From assembly GCA_043813075.1 (NCBI GenBank), contig JBDRLL010000037.1:1-37818 (forward strand): 37,818 nt of DNA. The letters are read 5' to 3'. A program made the translations under genes and the position numbers. This DNA comes from Candidatus Altiarchaeota archaeon. GTDB lineage: Archaea > Altiarchaeota > Altiarchaeia > IMC4 > SCGC-AAA252-I15. The notes under the pieces are model-generated. The model was not told where the DNA came from, ran no database searches, and worked only from the letters and a program-made list of their open reading frames with translations. Shown piece after piece: positions 27,438 to 36,994 of this stretch (position 1 is its first letter; the number at the start of each line of letters is the position of its first letter).

Positions 27438-27998
27438 ATGAGTGATGAAATTGTTATGGTTGGGGATTACTTAGGCACAATCGAGGAATACATGCCTGGC
27501 CAAGGTACTTACGCTGAAGACGGGAAGATTTATGCCTCCAGAGTCGGTCAAAAAGTATTGGACCCTGAGAGGCATACGGCCTCAGTATTGGGCAGGAAGC
27601 CTCCTGTGATAAACGTCGGCCAGACGGTTTTTGGGGAAGTCATGAGTGTGAGAAAGAGTAATGTCACCGTCTTGGTCTCCAAGATACGGGGCGAGAAGGG
27701 TGTCATAGACGACAAGGCTATGATATATGTTTCAAACATTTCAGACAAGTACGTCGAGAAGCCTGAAGACTTCTTCAAGATAGGCGACATAGTGGAGGCA
27801 AAGGTCATAAAGATGGATTCTGACGTCATCGACCTGTCGACGAAGGGTGATATGGGTGTTGTTAAGGCGTTCTGTTCAAAATGCCGTACGCCACTCTCAA
27901 TATCAACCAAGTATCAGGGCAAGATGGAGTGTCCCGTATGCGGTAGCGTGGAGTTGCGTAAGACCGCTAAAGACTACGAGAATGTGAGTGAACTTTAG
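27438..27998 (+). CDS. csl4: Exosome complex RNA-binding protein Csl4
   Basis: GDYLGTIEEYMPGQGTY, S1 domain FKIGDIVEAKV, GVVKAFCSKC...CPVC...ELRK Zn ribbon. Confidence 0.95.
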   Translation: MSDEIVMVGDYLGTIEEYMPGQGTYAEDGKIYASRVGQKVLDPERHTASVLGRKPPVINVGQTVFGEVMSVRKSNVTVLVSKIRGEKGVIDDKAMIYVSNISDKYVEKPEDFFKIGDIVEAKVIKMDSDVIDLSTKGDMGVVKAFCSKCRTPLSISTKYQGKMECPVCGSVELRKTAKDYENVSEL

Positions 27999-28006
27999 GT
28001 GTTGAA

Positions 28007-28264
28007 ATGGAATTCAAGATAGTTGAGAAAAAGAAGGGTGTTCTCGAAGCCGAGTTTGACGAGAAAGAGGTTGCTGTTATGCTGGCCAACGAGCTTTCCA
28101 AGAAGGGTGTTGACGCGTACTGGTATGACCCTCACCCGCTGTTAGCCAGCTTCAGGCTTCACATAGCGGATGATGATGCGGAGGCTGCTCTGAAGGCTGC
28201 TGTGACTGCTTTAGGCAAGGACTGGAGTGCCTTCAGGAAGGCTGTTGAAGCTAAGCTGAAGTAA
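28007..28264 (+). CDS. rpoL: DNA-directed RNA polymerase subunit L (Rpo11)
   Basis: 85 aa, AYWYDPHPLL motif, directly after csl4 (conserved archaeal order); divergent sequence. Confidence 0.82.
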   Translation: MEFKIVEKKKGVLEAEFDEKEVAVMLANELSKKGVDAYWYDPHPLLASFRLHIADDDAEAALKAAVTALGKDWSAFRKAVEAKLK

Positions 28265-28270
28265 GGCAAA

Positions 28271-28738
28271 ATGTCTGGCGAAGACAAGAAGTCGGGGAAC
28301 GCGTCTGACGGTGATATCCTAGAGGATGCGTTAGGCGATGACTCCCCGTCCACGTCTCCGGACGCCCTTACCGAGGGGCAGGATAAGGTTCCGAAGGATT
28401 TTCGTCGTATGGTTGAGGATATTACAGTCACCCCGTTCTTCGATCGTCATGGCAGCCACATGCCTGCGACCATAAAACTACACGCTGAATTGAGGGAGGA
28501 CGGCGACTTCATACACTTCGAGACGAGAATACCTGGCTTCAGGGAAGACGATGTCAAGGTCGAGGTTGGGGTAAACACCATCAACGTCAGCCTCCTTATG
28601 GACAAGACGGGGGAAGGGGGTGAGGAGGACGTGTACTTCCACAACAGTTTCACGACTCCACGGCCGATTGACGTGGATAACGTGTTTTACGAGCATAAGG
28701 ACGGTATCCTCAGGATTAGGGCTCCCATACGGAAATAA
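28271..28738 (+). CDS. Hsp20/alpha-crystallin family protein
   Basis: IPGFREDDVKV...F..P..ID...KDGILRIRAP; acidic N-terminal extension. Confidence 0.75.
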   Translation: MSGEDKKSGNASDGDILEDALGDDSPSTSPDALTEGQDKVPKDFRRMVEDITVTPFFDRHGSHMPATIKLHAELREDGDFIHFETRIPGFREDDVKVEVGVNTINVSLLMDKTGEGGEEDVYFHNSFTTPRPIDVDNVFYEHKDGILRIRAPIRK

Positions 28739-28797
28739 AGCGATATTTTTATACATTCTAATATATTCTTTATAGTATACTCTTTGAGGTGTGTTTT

Positions 28798-29139
28798 ATG
28801 GATTTCAGCGAACTAGTCGGGCTACTGCTACATGAGAAGCCTGCGGGCATACTCCTTTCACTACACGACTCTGAGGGTAAGTATGCTTCAGTACTCTCCA
28901 AGGAGAATGACTGCACATACACGCACACCCTTAAGATACTCAGCAAGCTTGAGGAGAATGGCATAGTCGAATTCAGGAAGGAGGGTAGGATAAAGTTCGT
29001 GAAGCTCACGAGCATAGGCGAGGACGTGGCCCACGAGCTCGAAGGGCTTGTCAGGCACCTGGAGAAGAGTGGCAGGCAGGAAGATAAGGCTGATGCTGGT
29101 GACGGATCCCCTCCGGGAGCTGAAGAGGATTCCGAATGA
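28798..29139 (+). CDS. Winged helix-turn-helix (MarR-like) protein
   Basis: YASVLSKENDCTYTHTLKILSKLEENGIVEFRKEGRIKFVKLT. Confidence 0.85.
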   Translation: MDFSELVGLLLHEKPAGILLSLHDSEGKYASVLSKENDCTYTHTLKILSKLEENGIVEFRKEGRIKFVKLTSIGEDVAHELEGLVRHLEKSGRQEDKADAGDGSPPGAEEDSE

Positions 29140-29771
29140 AGTCTAGACTGTTTTTCCCCCTGGCGTTGATGATATTATTGTCTGGGATAGCTTCAGCTCA
29201 GAACGAAACGTGCGAGCCATCCGGGTGCCCGCCCTGCGACCAGAATGCCCAGCTGGTGTTCGGAGTGCTGAGCGTGATGGCGGTATTCGCGATATTATAC
29301 TCCTACCGTCTTACTCAAGGCAAGTCCGGCCTGGAGTCAAGGCTGAGGAGGAACAAGGAAGTACTGTTGAAGCAGAGGGATGAGATACAGGCTAACGACC
29401 TGCGGATAAGCAAGCAGAAGGAGATACTCTCCGAGCAGCAGGAGCGGAAGGTTGTCGGCGAGATGAAGAAGTCGATGGAAAAGGCGTCGACAGGCCATGT
29501 TCACAAGGAAACGCTTAGGAGGGAGTACTGGGACAAGATCGGGAGGATAAGCGAGTCCATGTCCACCAGCACCTCTGAGTCGGAGTTGAAGCAGCTTCTC
29601 GAACAGCAGTCTGAGGTAAAGAAGATGATCGAGCTCACAAAGTCGAAATACTATCAGCGCTCTATTGATGAAGCCAGCTTCAATGAGATAACCATGGAAT
29701 ATCAGAAGCAGTTGATTGAGATTGAGAGCAAGATAAGCAAATTAAAGTCTGAGGGAGGGAAAAATGAGTGA
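29136..29771 (+). CDS. Hypothetical single-pass membrane protein with cytoplasmic coiled coil
   Basis: Signal peptide, short CEPSGCPPC ectodomain, TM helix, Q/E/K-rich heptads; overlaps both neighbours. Confidence 0.72.
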   Translation: MKSRLFFPLALMILLSGIASAQNETCEPSGCPPCDQNAQLVFGVLSVMAVFAILYSYRLTQGKSGLESRLRRNKEVLLKQRDEIQANDLRISKQKEILSEQQERKVVGEMKKSMEKASTGHVHKETLRREYWDKIGRISESMSTSTSESELKQLLEQQSEVKKMIELTKSKYYQRSIDEASFNEITMEYQKQLIEIESKISKLKSEGGKNE

Positions 29772-30534
29772 CTATGAAGTTGTAAGATGCCCTACCGGCA
29801 TCGAGGGTCTTGACGAACTGCTTGAAGGGGGGTTTCCCAGAGGTAGGGTGATACTCCTCGCAGGCGACTGCGGCACCGGGAAGAGCATACTATCAACCCA
29901 GTTTCTGCATAACGGCGCGTTAAAATACGATGAGCCTGGCGTGCTCGTAAGCCTCGAGCAGAGCCCCAGGATGCTGAAGCAGGACATGGGTTTCATGGGC
30001 TTTGACCTGGAGAAGATGGAGGAGGAAGGCAAGCTGGTGATCATCGACGCAAGCCTTTCCGGCGTCTCAGGCAAGTCCGAGAAATCCGAGTTCAAACTGT
30101 CTCCAGACCAGTTCAGCCTGGACTCCATACTCGCATTGATAAAAGAGGCGTCAGACAAGATAGGCGCCAAGCGTGCTGTAGTAGACAGCTTCAGCGCCTT
30201 GGACAGCATACTCGAGACAAAGAAGGTTCACGTGGGCACCGGCCTGAAGGAGGATGTCCGGCTCGCCATACTAGGCATCAACTACAAGCTCCAGGAGATG
30301 GGCCTCACTTCCCTGCTGATTTCAGACATACTGGATGACGGCAAGCTCTCAAAGCACGGCATAGAGGAGTTCATGGTTGACGGAGTCATAACACTGCATT
30401 ACAAGGCGGTGGGCTCGGATTCAGGAAGGCATCTTATGATAAAGAAGATGCGTTCCACACGGCATAGTGAGAACATAAACATGATAGAGTTCGAGCGTGG
30501 CAGGGGCATCAAGGTTGTGAGTCCAGGGGACTAG
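29764..30534 (+). CDS. KaiC/RAD55-family single-domain ATPase
   Basis: PTGIEGLDELLEGGFP, GDCGTGKS, SLEQ, VVDS, IEEFMVDGVI, KMRST.H. Confidence 0.92.
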   Translation: MSDYEVVRCPTGIEGLDELLEGGFPRGRVILLAGDCGTGKSILSTQFLHNGALKYDEPGVLVSLEQSPRMLKQDMGFMGFDLEKMEEEGKLVIIDASLSGVSGKSEKSEFKLSPDQFSLDSILALIKEASDKIGAKRAVVDSFSALDSILETKKVHVGTGLKEDVRLAILGINYKLQEMGLTSLLISDILDDGKLSKHGIEEFMVDGVITLHYKAVGSDSGRHLMIKKMRSTRHSENINMIEFERGRGIKVVSPGD

Positions 30535-31012
30535 TCTTCCTCTTCCTGGAGGTTGAGACCAGCATGTTCCACGCGAAGGCTATCCTCTCCAAGTAGTTGG
30601 TGAACGTGAGCGACTCGCTTAGGATTAGTGCGCGCCCCTTCCCCAGCCCAGCCTTGTATTCCCTCTCCCTCTTGAGGAATCCGAACCGCACGAGTTTCGG
30701 TATTATCTTGTTCTCGAGCGTGCTCTTACTGTACTTCTTCTCGTCGAGGAATCTCTTTATCTCCTTCTTTGTGGCGTAATCGTTCTCAAGGACGAGCCGT
30801 ATGAAGTCGGACGCCACCATGTGGTATGTGGGCTGGTATCTCTTGGGGAATATGAAGTCCACCACCTCCTCAACATCCCAGTAGACTGTCTTGTCCAAAC
30901 CCCCCTTCTTTTTCAGTTCGCTGCCATAGTGGCTGGGGATCCACAAGGCGTCTCCGGACGGTATCCCCCCGCTTGACGGAGGTTTTGGTGACGGATTCCC
31001 CTTCTTGCCCAT
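30509..31012 (-). CDS. Hypothetical protein, possible winged helix
   Basis: 167 aa; YSKSTLENKIIPKLVRFGFLKRE resembles a recognition helix plus wing. Confidence 0.6.
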   Translation of the reverse strand: MGKKGNPSPKPPSSGGIPSGDALWIPSHYGSELKKKGGLDKTVYWDVEEVVDFIFPKRYQPTYHMVASDFIRLVLENDYATKKEIKRFLDEKKYSKSTLENKIIPKLVRFGFLKREREYKAGLGKGRALILSESLTFTNYLERIAFAWNMLVSTSRKRKTSPLDSQP

Positions 31013-31042
31013 GTATTTGAATATGGAATAAGGATTATTTAG

Positions 31043-31417
31043 CTACTTTGCCTTTAGCATTCGGGCGATACGGTAGACGAGGTCTCCGATCTCGAAAGGC
31101 TTCATTATAACGTCTATGACCCCGAGTTTCTTGAAGTAGTTCAGGGTCCTGTCGTCCATGTCCAGTACGGTGACTATGCCTATCTTCGTGTCCCTTATCT
31201 TCTCGTTGTCTCTTATGGCTGTTATGGTCTCCTTGCCGCTCATAACCGGCATGAACAAGTCCATGAGCACCAGGTCCACCCTGAAGCGGCTCAGCTTCTC
31301 CAGGCAGTCCATGCCGTTTGCGGCGGTCACGACCTCGAATCCGTAGCTCTTGAGCACCTCAGAAGTCATCCTCCTGAGTTCCTCATCGTCGTCTACTACC
31401 ATAATCCTCTTCGTCAT
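31043..31417 (-). CDS. Stand-alone response regulator receiver (CheY-like)
   Basis: VVDDD, LMDLFMP, IVT, KPF. Confidence 0.93.
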   Translation of the reverse strand: MTKRIMVVDDDEELRRMTSEVLKSYGFEVVTAANGMDCLEKLSRFRVDLVLMDLFMPVMSGKETITAIRDNEKIRDTKIGIVTVLDMDDRTLNYFKKLGVIDVIMKPFEIGDLVYRIARMLKAK

Positions 31418-31474
31418 CTAGCCACTCTCCCACGTGCACTATTATAGTATTGAATAAAAGAAATAAAGCCTTTG

Positions 31475-31849
31475 TCACTGTTTTTCCATGATCTTCTTGA
31501 TCACGTGGAGCAGTATCCAGCTTTCTATGGGCTTTACCAGTATGTTTTCGACACCCAACTCCTTCAGGTGTTCATTGGATCTCTCGTCCATGTTCAGGAC
31601 ACTCATCACCACAATCCTCGTGTCCTTAAGCGTCTTATCGTTCTTGATTGACCTTATGGTCTCCATACCGCTCATCAAAGGCATTAGAAGGTCGATCAGA
31701 ACGATGTCGAAATCGTTTCTCCTGAGCTTGTTGATGCAGTCTATCCCATTCTCGGCGTTTGTGACTTCAAAACCATTACTCTTCAGGACCTTAGAGTATA
31801 TGTCCCTGAATTCAGGTTCGTCGTCTACAAGTAATATCCTGCCAGACAT
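31475..31849 (-). CDS. Stand-alone response regulator receiver (CheY-like)
   Basis: LVDDE, LIDLLMP, VMS, KPI. Start set at ATG 31849 by alignment with its paralogs. Confidence 0.92.
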   Translation of the reverse strand: MSGRILLVDDEPEFRDIYSKVLKSNGFEVTNAENGIDCINKLRRNDFDIVLIDLLMPLMSGMETIRSIKNDKTLKDTRIVVMSVLNMDERSNEHLKELGVENILVKPIESWILLHVIKKIMEKQ

Positions 31850-31898
31850 GCCACCCACACCATTATAAATTGAGCGTGTGCTTTTAAAATCCAAGTGG

Positions 31899-32288
31899 CT
31901 AGTTGAATATCGGGTGTTTACGGCCCAAAACCTTGTTAACCATCTTTAACAGCACCCACGTGTCTATGGGCTTTATCAGGATGTTGTGGACGTCCAGCTC
32001 GCTCAGGTGATGGTCAAGCCCCTCATCCATCTTAAGGACTGTTATGACGACTATGTTCTGGTCCTTCATCCCATCGTCACCCCTGATGTATCTTATGGTG
32101 TCTACCCCGCTCATCATGGGCATCATCAAGTCCATCAGCACCAGGTCGACCTTAGTGTTCCTCAGCTTGTTTATGCAGTCCATGCCGTTCACAGCGTGCA
32201 GGACTTCAAATCCGTTGGCGTTGAGGATGTCGGAATACCTATCCCTGAATCCCTCATCCTCATCGCATATCATTATTCTAGCAGCCAT
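31899..32288 (-). CDS. Stand-alone response regulator receiver (CheY-like)
   Basis: ICDED, LMDLMMP, VIT, KPI. Confidence 0.9.
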   Translation of the reverse strand: MAARIMICDEDEGFRDRYSDILNANGFEVLHAVNGMDCINKLRNTKVDLVLMDLMMPMMSGVDTIRYIRGDDGMKDQNIVVITVLKMDEGLDHHLSELDVHNILIKPIDTWVLLKMVNKVLGRKHPIFN

Positions 32289-32381
32289 GCCATCCCACCT
32301 TAAGGAATACTATATGCATGACTCCTTTATAAGGCATCTCCGGTTACCTAAGGCATATGTACTGCTTTTATAATAACTAAC

Positions 32382-33116
32382 ATGCATCCTCTGAAAATGG
32401 AGCATGTCCTGCTCACACTGATGTTCATGATATTCCTAGCCTGTCTTAACTATTCTGTAATATACGACAGTCATTCCATGATGGAGACGACGACCGCCGA
32501 GGACGCGGTCGACTCTATCGCGAAGGCTGCTGACACAGTGTATTCACTGGGGCCTTGCAGCAAGACTTACGTCGATATTGTAGTGCCTAACTCAGCTGTA
32601 TCCAGCTCAGTTGGGGATAACCGCATTTCCTTGACCATCGACACTGGCGCCGGCTACTCCGACATAGTCGCAGTCACCATCGGCGATGTGACCGGCTGCA
32701 TGCCCTCCAATCCGGGAGCCTGCAGGGTTCCCATCGAGATGACGTGCAGTGGCGTTTTGGTTGTCGGGGGTGTCCTCTCCCTAAGACCGTCCGAGATTCG
32801 CTTCAACGTCACGGATGGAGGCACAACCGTCGTGGAGCTGAACCTCACCAACAATGAAGATGCCATCGTGAGCAGCATAGGGTGGACCGTCACCGGCGGC
32901 GTATCATCATGGACTAGCATAACTGATATGGCTGCAGGCCTCGGGTCCGGCATATCAGACCAGTTTAACGCCACATTCACCATACCTTCCGGAACACCTA
33001 CTGGGACCTACTCCGGTACACTCACTGTGAACGGCACCGGCGGCCTCGCGGAGGTGCCGATAGCAATCAATGTGATGGGTTCCGGGACCAGTACGACAAC
33101 TCCCGGGAACCGGTGA
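32382..33116 (+). CDS. Pilin-like protein with one Ig-like domain and a degenerate class III signal
   Basis: IAKAADTVYSLGPCSKTYVDIVVP aligns with the pilin at 1-1715; SW...FTIPSGTPTGTYSGTLTV aligns with its repeats. Confidence 0.7.
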   Translation: MHPLKMEHVLLTLMFMIFLACLNYSVIYDSHSMMETTTAEDAVDSIAKAADTVYSLGPCSKTYVDIVVPNSAVSSSVGDNRISLTIDTGAGYSDIVAVTIGDVTGCMPSNPGACRVPIEMTCSGVLVVGGVLSLRPSEIRFNVTDGGTTVVELNLTNNEDAIVSSIGWTVTGGVSSWTSITDMAAGLGSGISDQFNATFTIPSGTPTGTYSGTLTVNGTGGLAEVPIAINVMGSGTSTTTPGNR

Positions 33117-33212
33117 AAACAAGGTTTTAGTTTATTATCCCATCATTCAGCAAGACATAATCCTCATTTATCAACCAGTATGCTCTATTATCAATTAACC
33201 CTACGTGTGGTG

Positions 33213-33890
33213 ATGGACAAGAACTTCGATTTTGACGTGATCGCCTCGAGCTACGACGATTACAAGTTCAGGAACAAGTACTACTACTCTATAGTCAAAG
33301 GACTGGTGAAAGAATTAATCGGCAATCCAGGGGATAAGACGGTGCTGGACGTAGGATGTGGTACCGGGGATTTGCTGTGCTCACTGAACCCAAAACATGG
33401 TTTAGGTATTGACGTCAGCAGTGAGATGATACGGATAGCAAAGGAGAAATACTCCACGCACCATAACCTAGATTTTAAGGTAGGTGACGCACAAACATAT
33501 CCTCTCGGAGAATCGTTCGATTTTATAGTCCTGATGGACGTGATAGATCATATAGTCGATTTACGGAAGGCATTCAAGAACCTAGGGAAATCATGTGCCA
33601 GCCACTCGAGAGTCATCATCATCTATGCAAATCCGCTATGGGAGCCGATACTGAAGCTCGCGGAAAAGCTCTGCCTTAAGATGCCTGAAACGGAAAACAG
33701 AATAAGCTTACGAGAGATCGAGGAAACCTACTCGTCAGCAGGATTCACCAGAGAGAAATCAGGCACACGGACTATAATCCCCGTATGCATACCCCTCTTC
33801 TCTGATGCTGTGAACAAGATATTCAACATGGTTCCTGGAGTCCGGGACTTTGGGTTGAACAAATATTATGTCTTAAGGAAAGCCAGTTAA
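33213..33890 (+). CDS. Class I SAM-dependent methyltransferase
   Basis: VLDVGCGTG, GIDVS, GDA, FDFIV. Start 33213 or 33180. Confidence 0.92.
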   Translation: MDKNFDFDVIASSYDDYKFRNKYYYSIVKGLVKELIGNPGDKTVLDVGCGTGDLLCSLNPKHGLGIDVSSEMIRIAKEKYSTHHNLDFKVGDAQTYPLGESFDFIVLMDVIDHIVDLRKAFKNLGKSCASHSRVIIIYANPLWEPILKLAEKLCLKMPETENRISLREIEETYSSAGFTREKSGTRTIIPVCIPLFSDAVNKIFNMVPGVRDFGLNKYYVLRKAS

Positions 33891-33939
33891 CCCCTCGATA
33901 TGTGTCCTTTATTTTTTATGAAACATCATATCCTATAAA

Positions 33940-35250
33940 ATGCCTGGCCTGGTTTCCGAACGCTGGTTGAACCGTGTTGTCATCGTCTCCCCCCCACTAG
34001 CCCTGCTGGCATCCATCATTGCAGTGTCCGCGGAACCCGGCGCTGTCTTCTGGAGGGTCACGGCCTTTTTCTCCGCAACACTCATCATACTCTTTGCTTT
34101 CTGGACGCTCCGCGGCAGGAGCATAATCCAGGAACTAACCTCATCTTACCGTGCTCTAAGGCACGTCCTCTTCATGTTCCTGCTGACAAGGTTTATCCTG
34201 ACCCTCATAGGCGTTTCCTCCCGGATGCTCTTGAAGCCCTTCTACCAGGGATTCTACTGGAGGTCCTGGTTCTTCTCAGACCATCTCTGGCTGGACATAT
34301 GGGGCATATGGGATTCCGAATGGTACATGCATGTCGCTAAAAACTGGTACTCGACGGAAATCGTTAAACATGGTGCGTCAAACTACGGCTTCTTCCCACT
34401 ATACCCGCTCCTCATGCGGTCGCTTGGGATGATTGTGGGAGACTACTTCGTGGCAGGCGTAATCATATCCAACATAAGCCTCATTGCCGCAGGACTCTTG
34501 CTCTACAGGCTGGTGCTTCTGGACGATGACGAGGATGCCGCCACAAGGTCAGTCAACTACATGTTCCTATTCCCCTCGGCATTCATCCTTTCAGGCGTCT
34601 TCACGGAAGCCTTGTTCCTAGCCCTCCTCATATCCTGCTTCTACAACGCCCGTAGGGGCATGTGGTTTTACGCCGGCATCTCAGGATTCTTCATGGCCTT
34701 AACAAGGCCTCAGGGAGTGATCGTCTTCATACCCCTACTCTACGAGTATCTAAGGCAGCCCAACCTCAAGGTAAACTGGAATATACTGAATCTCCTCATG
34801 ATTCCCGCAGGACTGGCTACCTTCCTCGCGTACTCCTACTACCAGTCCGGCGACTACCTTGCTTACGCTCACTCAAAAACCGCTGGCTGGGGTTTAGGGA
34901 TGAATAATCCAGTCAAACTCATGTATGATGGCCTCTCACACAGTGACCTGGCAATCTCCGTCAATTGCTTGGTCGCTGTTTTGCTTGTACTAGCGTTTAT
35001 CCCCTCCATCAGAAAGCTCAGGTTCTCCTACTGGACTCTGGGAGTGATACTCCTCGTCATCTCAACCATACCTGGGTATGCCTCAATAAAAGGCGTCCTG
35101 AGGTTTACTCTCGCTGTTTTCCCGTTTTACATATTCCTGGGGAAAGCCAGTTCAAACCCCCGGGTAAACCAGGCGTTGACAATATCTCTCGCGATGACTC
35201 AGGGTTTCCTTATGGTCTTGTGGACTATCGGATCGCACATAATCACGTGA
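33940..35250 (+). CDS. GT-C mannosyltransferase, PIG-V-like
   Basis: WDSEWY..VA, FFPLYP, FP..F..S..FTEALF, LTRPQG; multiple TM segments. Confidence 0.85.
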   Translation: MPGLVSERWLNRVVIVSPPLALLASIIAVSAEPGAVFWRVTAFFSATLIILFAFWTLRGRSIIQELTSSYRALRHVLFMFLLTRFILTLIGVSSRMLLKPFYQGFYWRSWFFSDHLWLDIWGIWDSEWYMHVAKNWYSTEIVKHGASNYGFFPLYPLLMRSLGMIVGDYFVAGVIISNISLIAAGLLLYRLVLLDDDEDAATRSVNYMFLFPSAFILSGVFTEALFLALLISCFYNARRGMWFYAGISGFFMALTRPQGVIVFIPLLYEYLRQPNLKVNWNILNLLMIPAGLATFLAYSYYQSGDYLAYAHSKTAGWGLGMNNPVKLMYDGLSHSDLAISVNCLVAVLLVLAFIPSIRKLRFSYWTLGVILLVISTIPGYASIKGVLRFTLAVFPFYIFLGKASSNPRVNQALTISLAMTQGFLMVLWTIGSHIIT

Positions 35251-35342
35251 CCCGCATGCCCTTTTTTTTTATGCTATGGAAAAACATATTGTAAGCATTT
35301 AACGCCCTCAATCCGATAATCGTATCCTAAGGGTGAGGGAAT

Positions 35343-36842
35343 ATGGGTATGATGCGAATGAAGACATCAGAATCGTTCAAGCTTATGTCGCATAAGCTGG
35401 CAGCATCCTGCGGGCCGATAATATCGAGAATGCGTGCCCCATCATTCACTGGTTTCCTCACGATAATCCTGCTTCTCGCCTTTACGTTGCGTGTTCATGA
35501 CCTGTATGTCACAACCCCCGATTCTCCGTGGGGTCTGGACGAGGAGTGCTGGCTGTCGGGAGCCTACTTCTACAACCTACTATTCCTGAAGCATGACTTC
35601 ACGAACGAAGACTGGTATCACTACATCTCCTACGACTCCCCGCCCATGACCGACTACGTGCTCGGCTTCGCACTGCACGCTGTGAACAACAAGATAGTGG
35701 ACGAGAGCGGCAACAAGATGAACTGGTTCAAGAGGATTCACGAACTCTACTGCAGGAACCCGTTCGAGAAGCTTGTCGAGGAAAAAAACCTCTCTGAGGA
35801 CCGGAGGCTACTGGAATTCTGCAACCGCCTCCTAGCGGAAGTGAAACCTAGGGGGGTTGTGGCTCTGACAAGGGAAGACTACGTATTAGGCAAGAGGACG
35901 ATATTCATCTTCGCATTCCTCTCATCAATCCTAGTCATCCTACTGTGCTCGCACTTCCTTAAAAGCGGTTTCACCGGGCTGCTGGCCGCCCTCCTGTTTT
36001 TGAGCAACAACCTGACCATCCCCAACTTCCAGAAAGTCTATAACGACGCTATATGCTCCTTCTTCGTCCTCACATCCCTCATAATCCTGCTCATCCTACT
36101 CAAAAGGATGAAGCCATTCGTCGACGGCCGCATGGACTCCGGCAAACACGGGATTGGCTTCCCCAAGAGTGTGATCATGCTGTCAGTGCTAGAGGGGTTC
36201 TCCCTATCCCTCGCACTAAACACAAAGTTCGTGACACTATACATGGTGCTGACAGCCGTCCTCGCTTTCACGGCAGGGGTAACATATGATACCCTATATC
36301 AACGACGGTCAGGAAGACAGCTTCTTCTACGTCGTGCCACCATATGGGTGTGCGTCCTAGCCTTAGTGTCAGTGTCCACATTAACCTTCTACATACTGGC
36401 TAACCCATACCTATACCCTGACCCGGTGGGCAACACCCTAAAGACTATCGAACACCGCGTGAACTACATGGCCGTCCAGTCCAGGGTGCAGATTTCTCCA
36501 ATAACCTCCCTAAGGCATAGGATAAGACTCATATACTCCAGGGGCATACTATTAGACTACGACTTCCGGAGCCCCCCACTCGAATACCTCTACGTGCTGG
36601 TCTTCCTCACCGGCTTATGGTCCATCATGCACGGCGCCCGCAGGGAAATGTCCGCAGGCTCCGCAGGCACATACACGATACTGCTCCTCTGGATCATATC
36701 AGCCTTCACCGTAAACGGGTCGAAGATGAACATGAACTGGGAGCGCTACTACATCCCATTCGTCATGTGCACGGTCATAATAGTGTCAATCGGTGCTGAA
36801 AGAATAATAAAGTCAATCAAACCCGAATTCACAAGGGATTAA
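35343..36842 (+). CDS. GT-C fold membrane glycosyltransferase (PMT/ArnT-like)
   Basis: TM1 followed by DE (GLDEECW), DSPP, K after a TM (LNTKF), LANPYLY, ERYYIP; many TM segments. Exact start Met uncertain. Confidence 0.72.
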   Translation: MGMMRMKTSESFKLMSHKLAASCGPIISRMRAPSFTGFLTIILLLAFTLRVHDLYVTTPDSPWGLDEECWLSGAYFYNLLFLKHDFTNEDWYHYISYDSPPMTDYVLGFALHAVNNKIVDESGNKMNWFKRIHELYCRNPFEKLVEEKNLSEDRRLLEFCNRLLAEVKPRGVVALTREDYVLGKRTIFIFAFLSSILVILLCSHFLKSGFTGLLAALLFLSNNLTIPNFQKVYNDAICSFFVLTSLIILLILLKRMKPFVDGRMDSGKHGIGFPKSVIMLSVLEGFSLSLALNTKFVTLYMVLTAVLAFTAGVTYDTLYQRRSGRQLLLRRATIWVCVLALVSVSTLTFYILANPYLYPDPVGNTLKTIEHRVNYMAVQSRVQISPITSLRHRIRLIYSRGILLDYDFRSPPLEYLYVLVFLTGLWSIMHGARREMSAGSAGTYTILLLWIISAFTVNGSKMNMNWERYYIPFVMCTVIIVSIGAERIIKSIKPEFTRD

Positions 36843-36994
36843 TCCCGCCCTTGGCGTTAGGCCTCCCTAGTCATCGTCTTTCATTCCTGAACCAAAGCTC
36901 TTTTATCCATCATAGAGTAGTGAACCACAAACCGATTCACAGGCAAAATACACTAACCTCTAGCTATCCCCCCCATTATTGGATGTGGTTGGAG

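Noticed and set aside
29764-30534. Circadian clock KaiC
   Set aside because: Single domain, no Ser-Thr phosphosites, no kaiA or kaiB.
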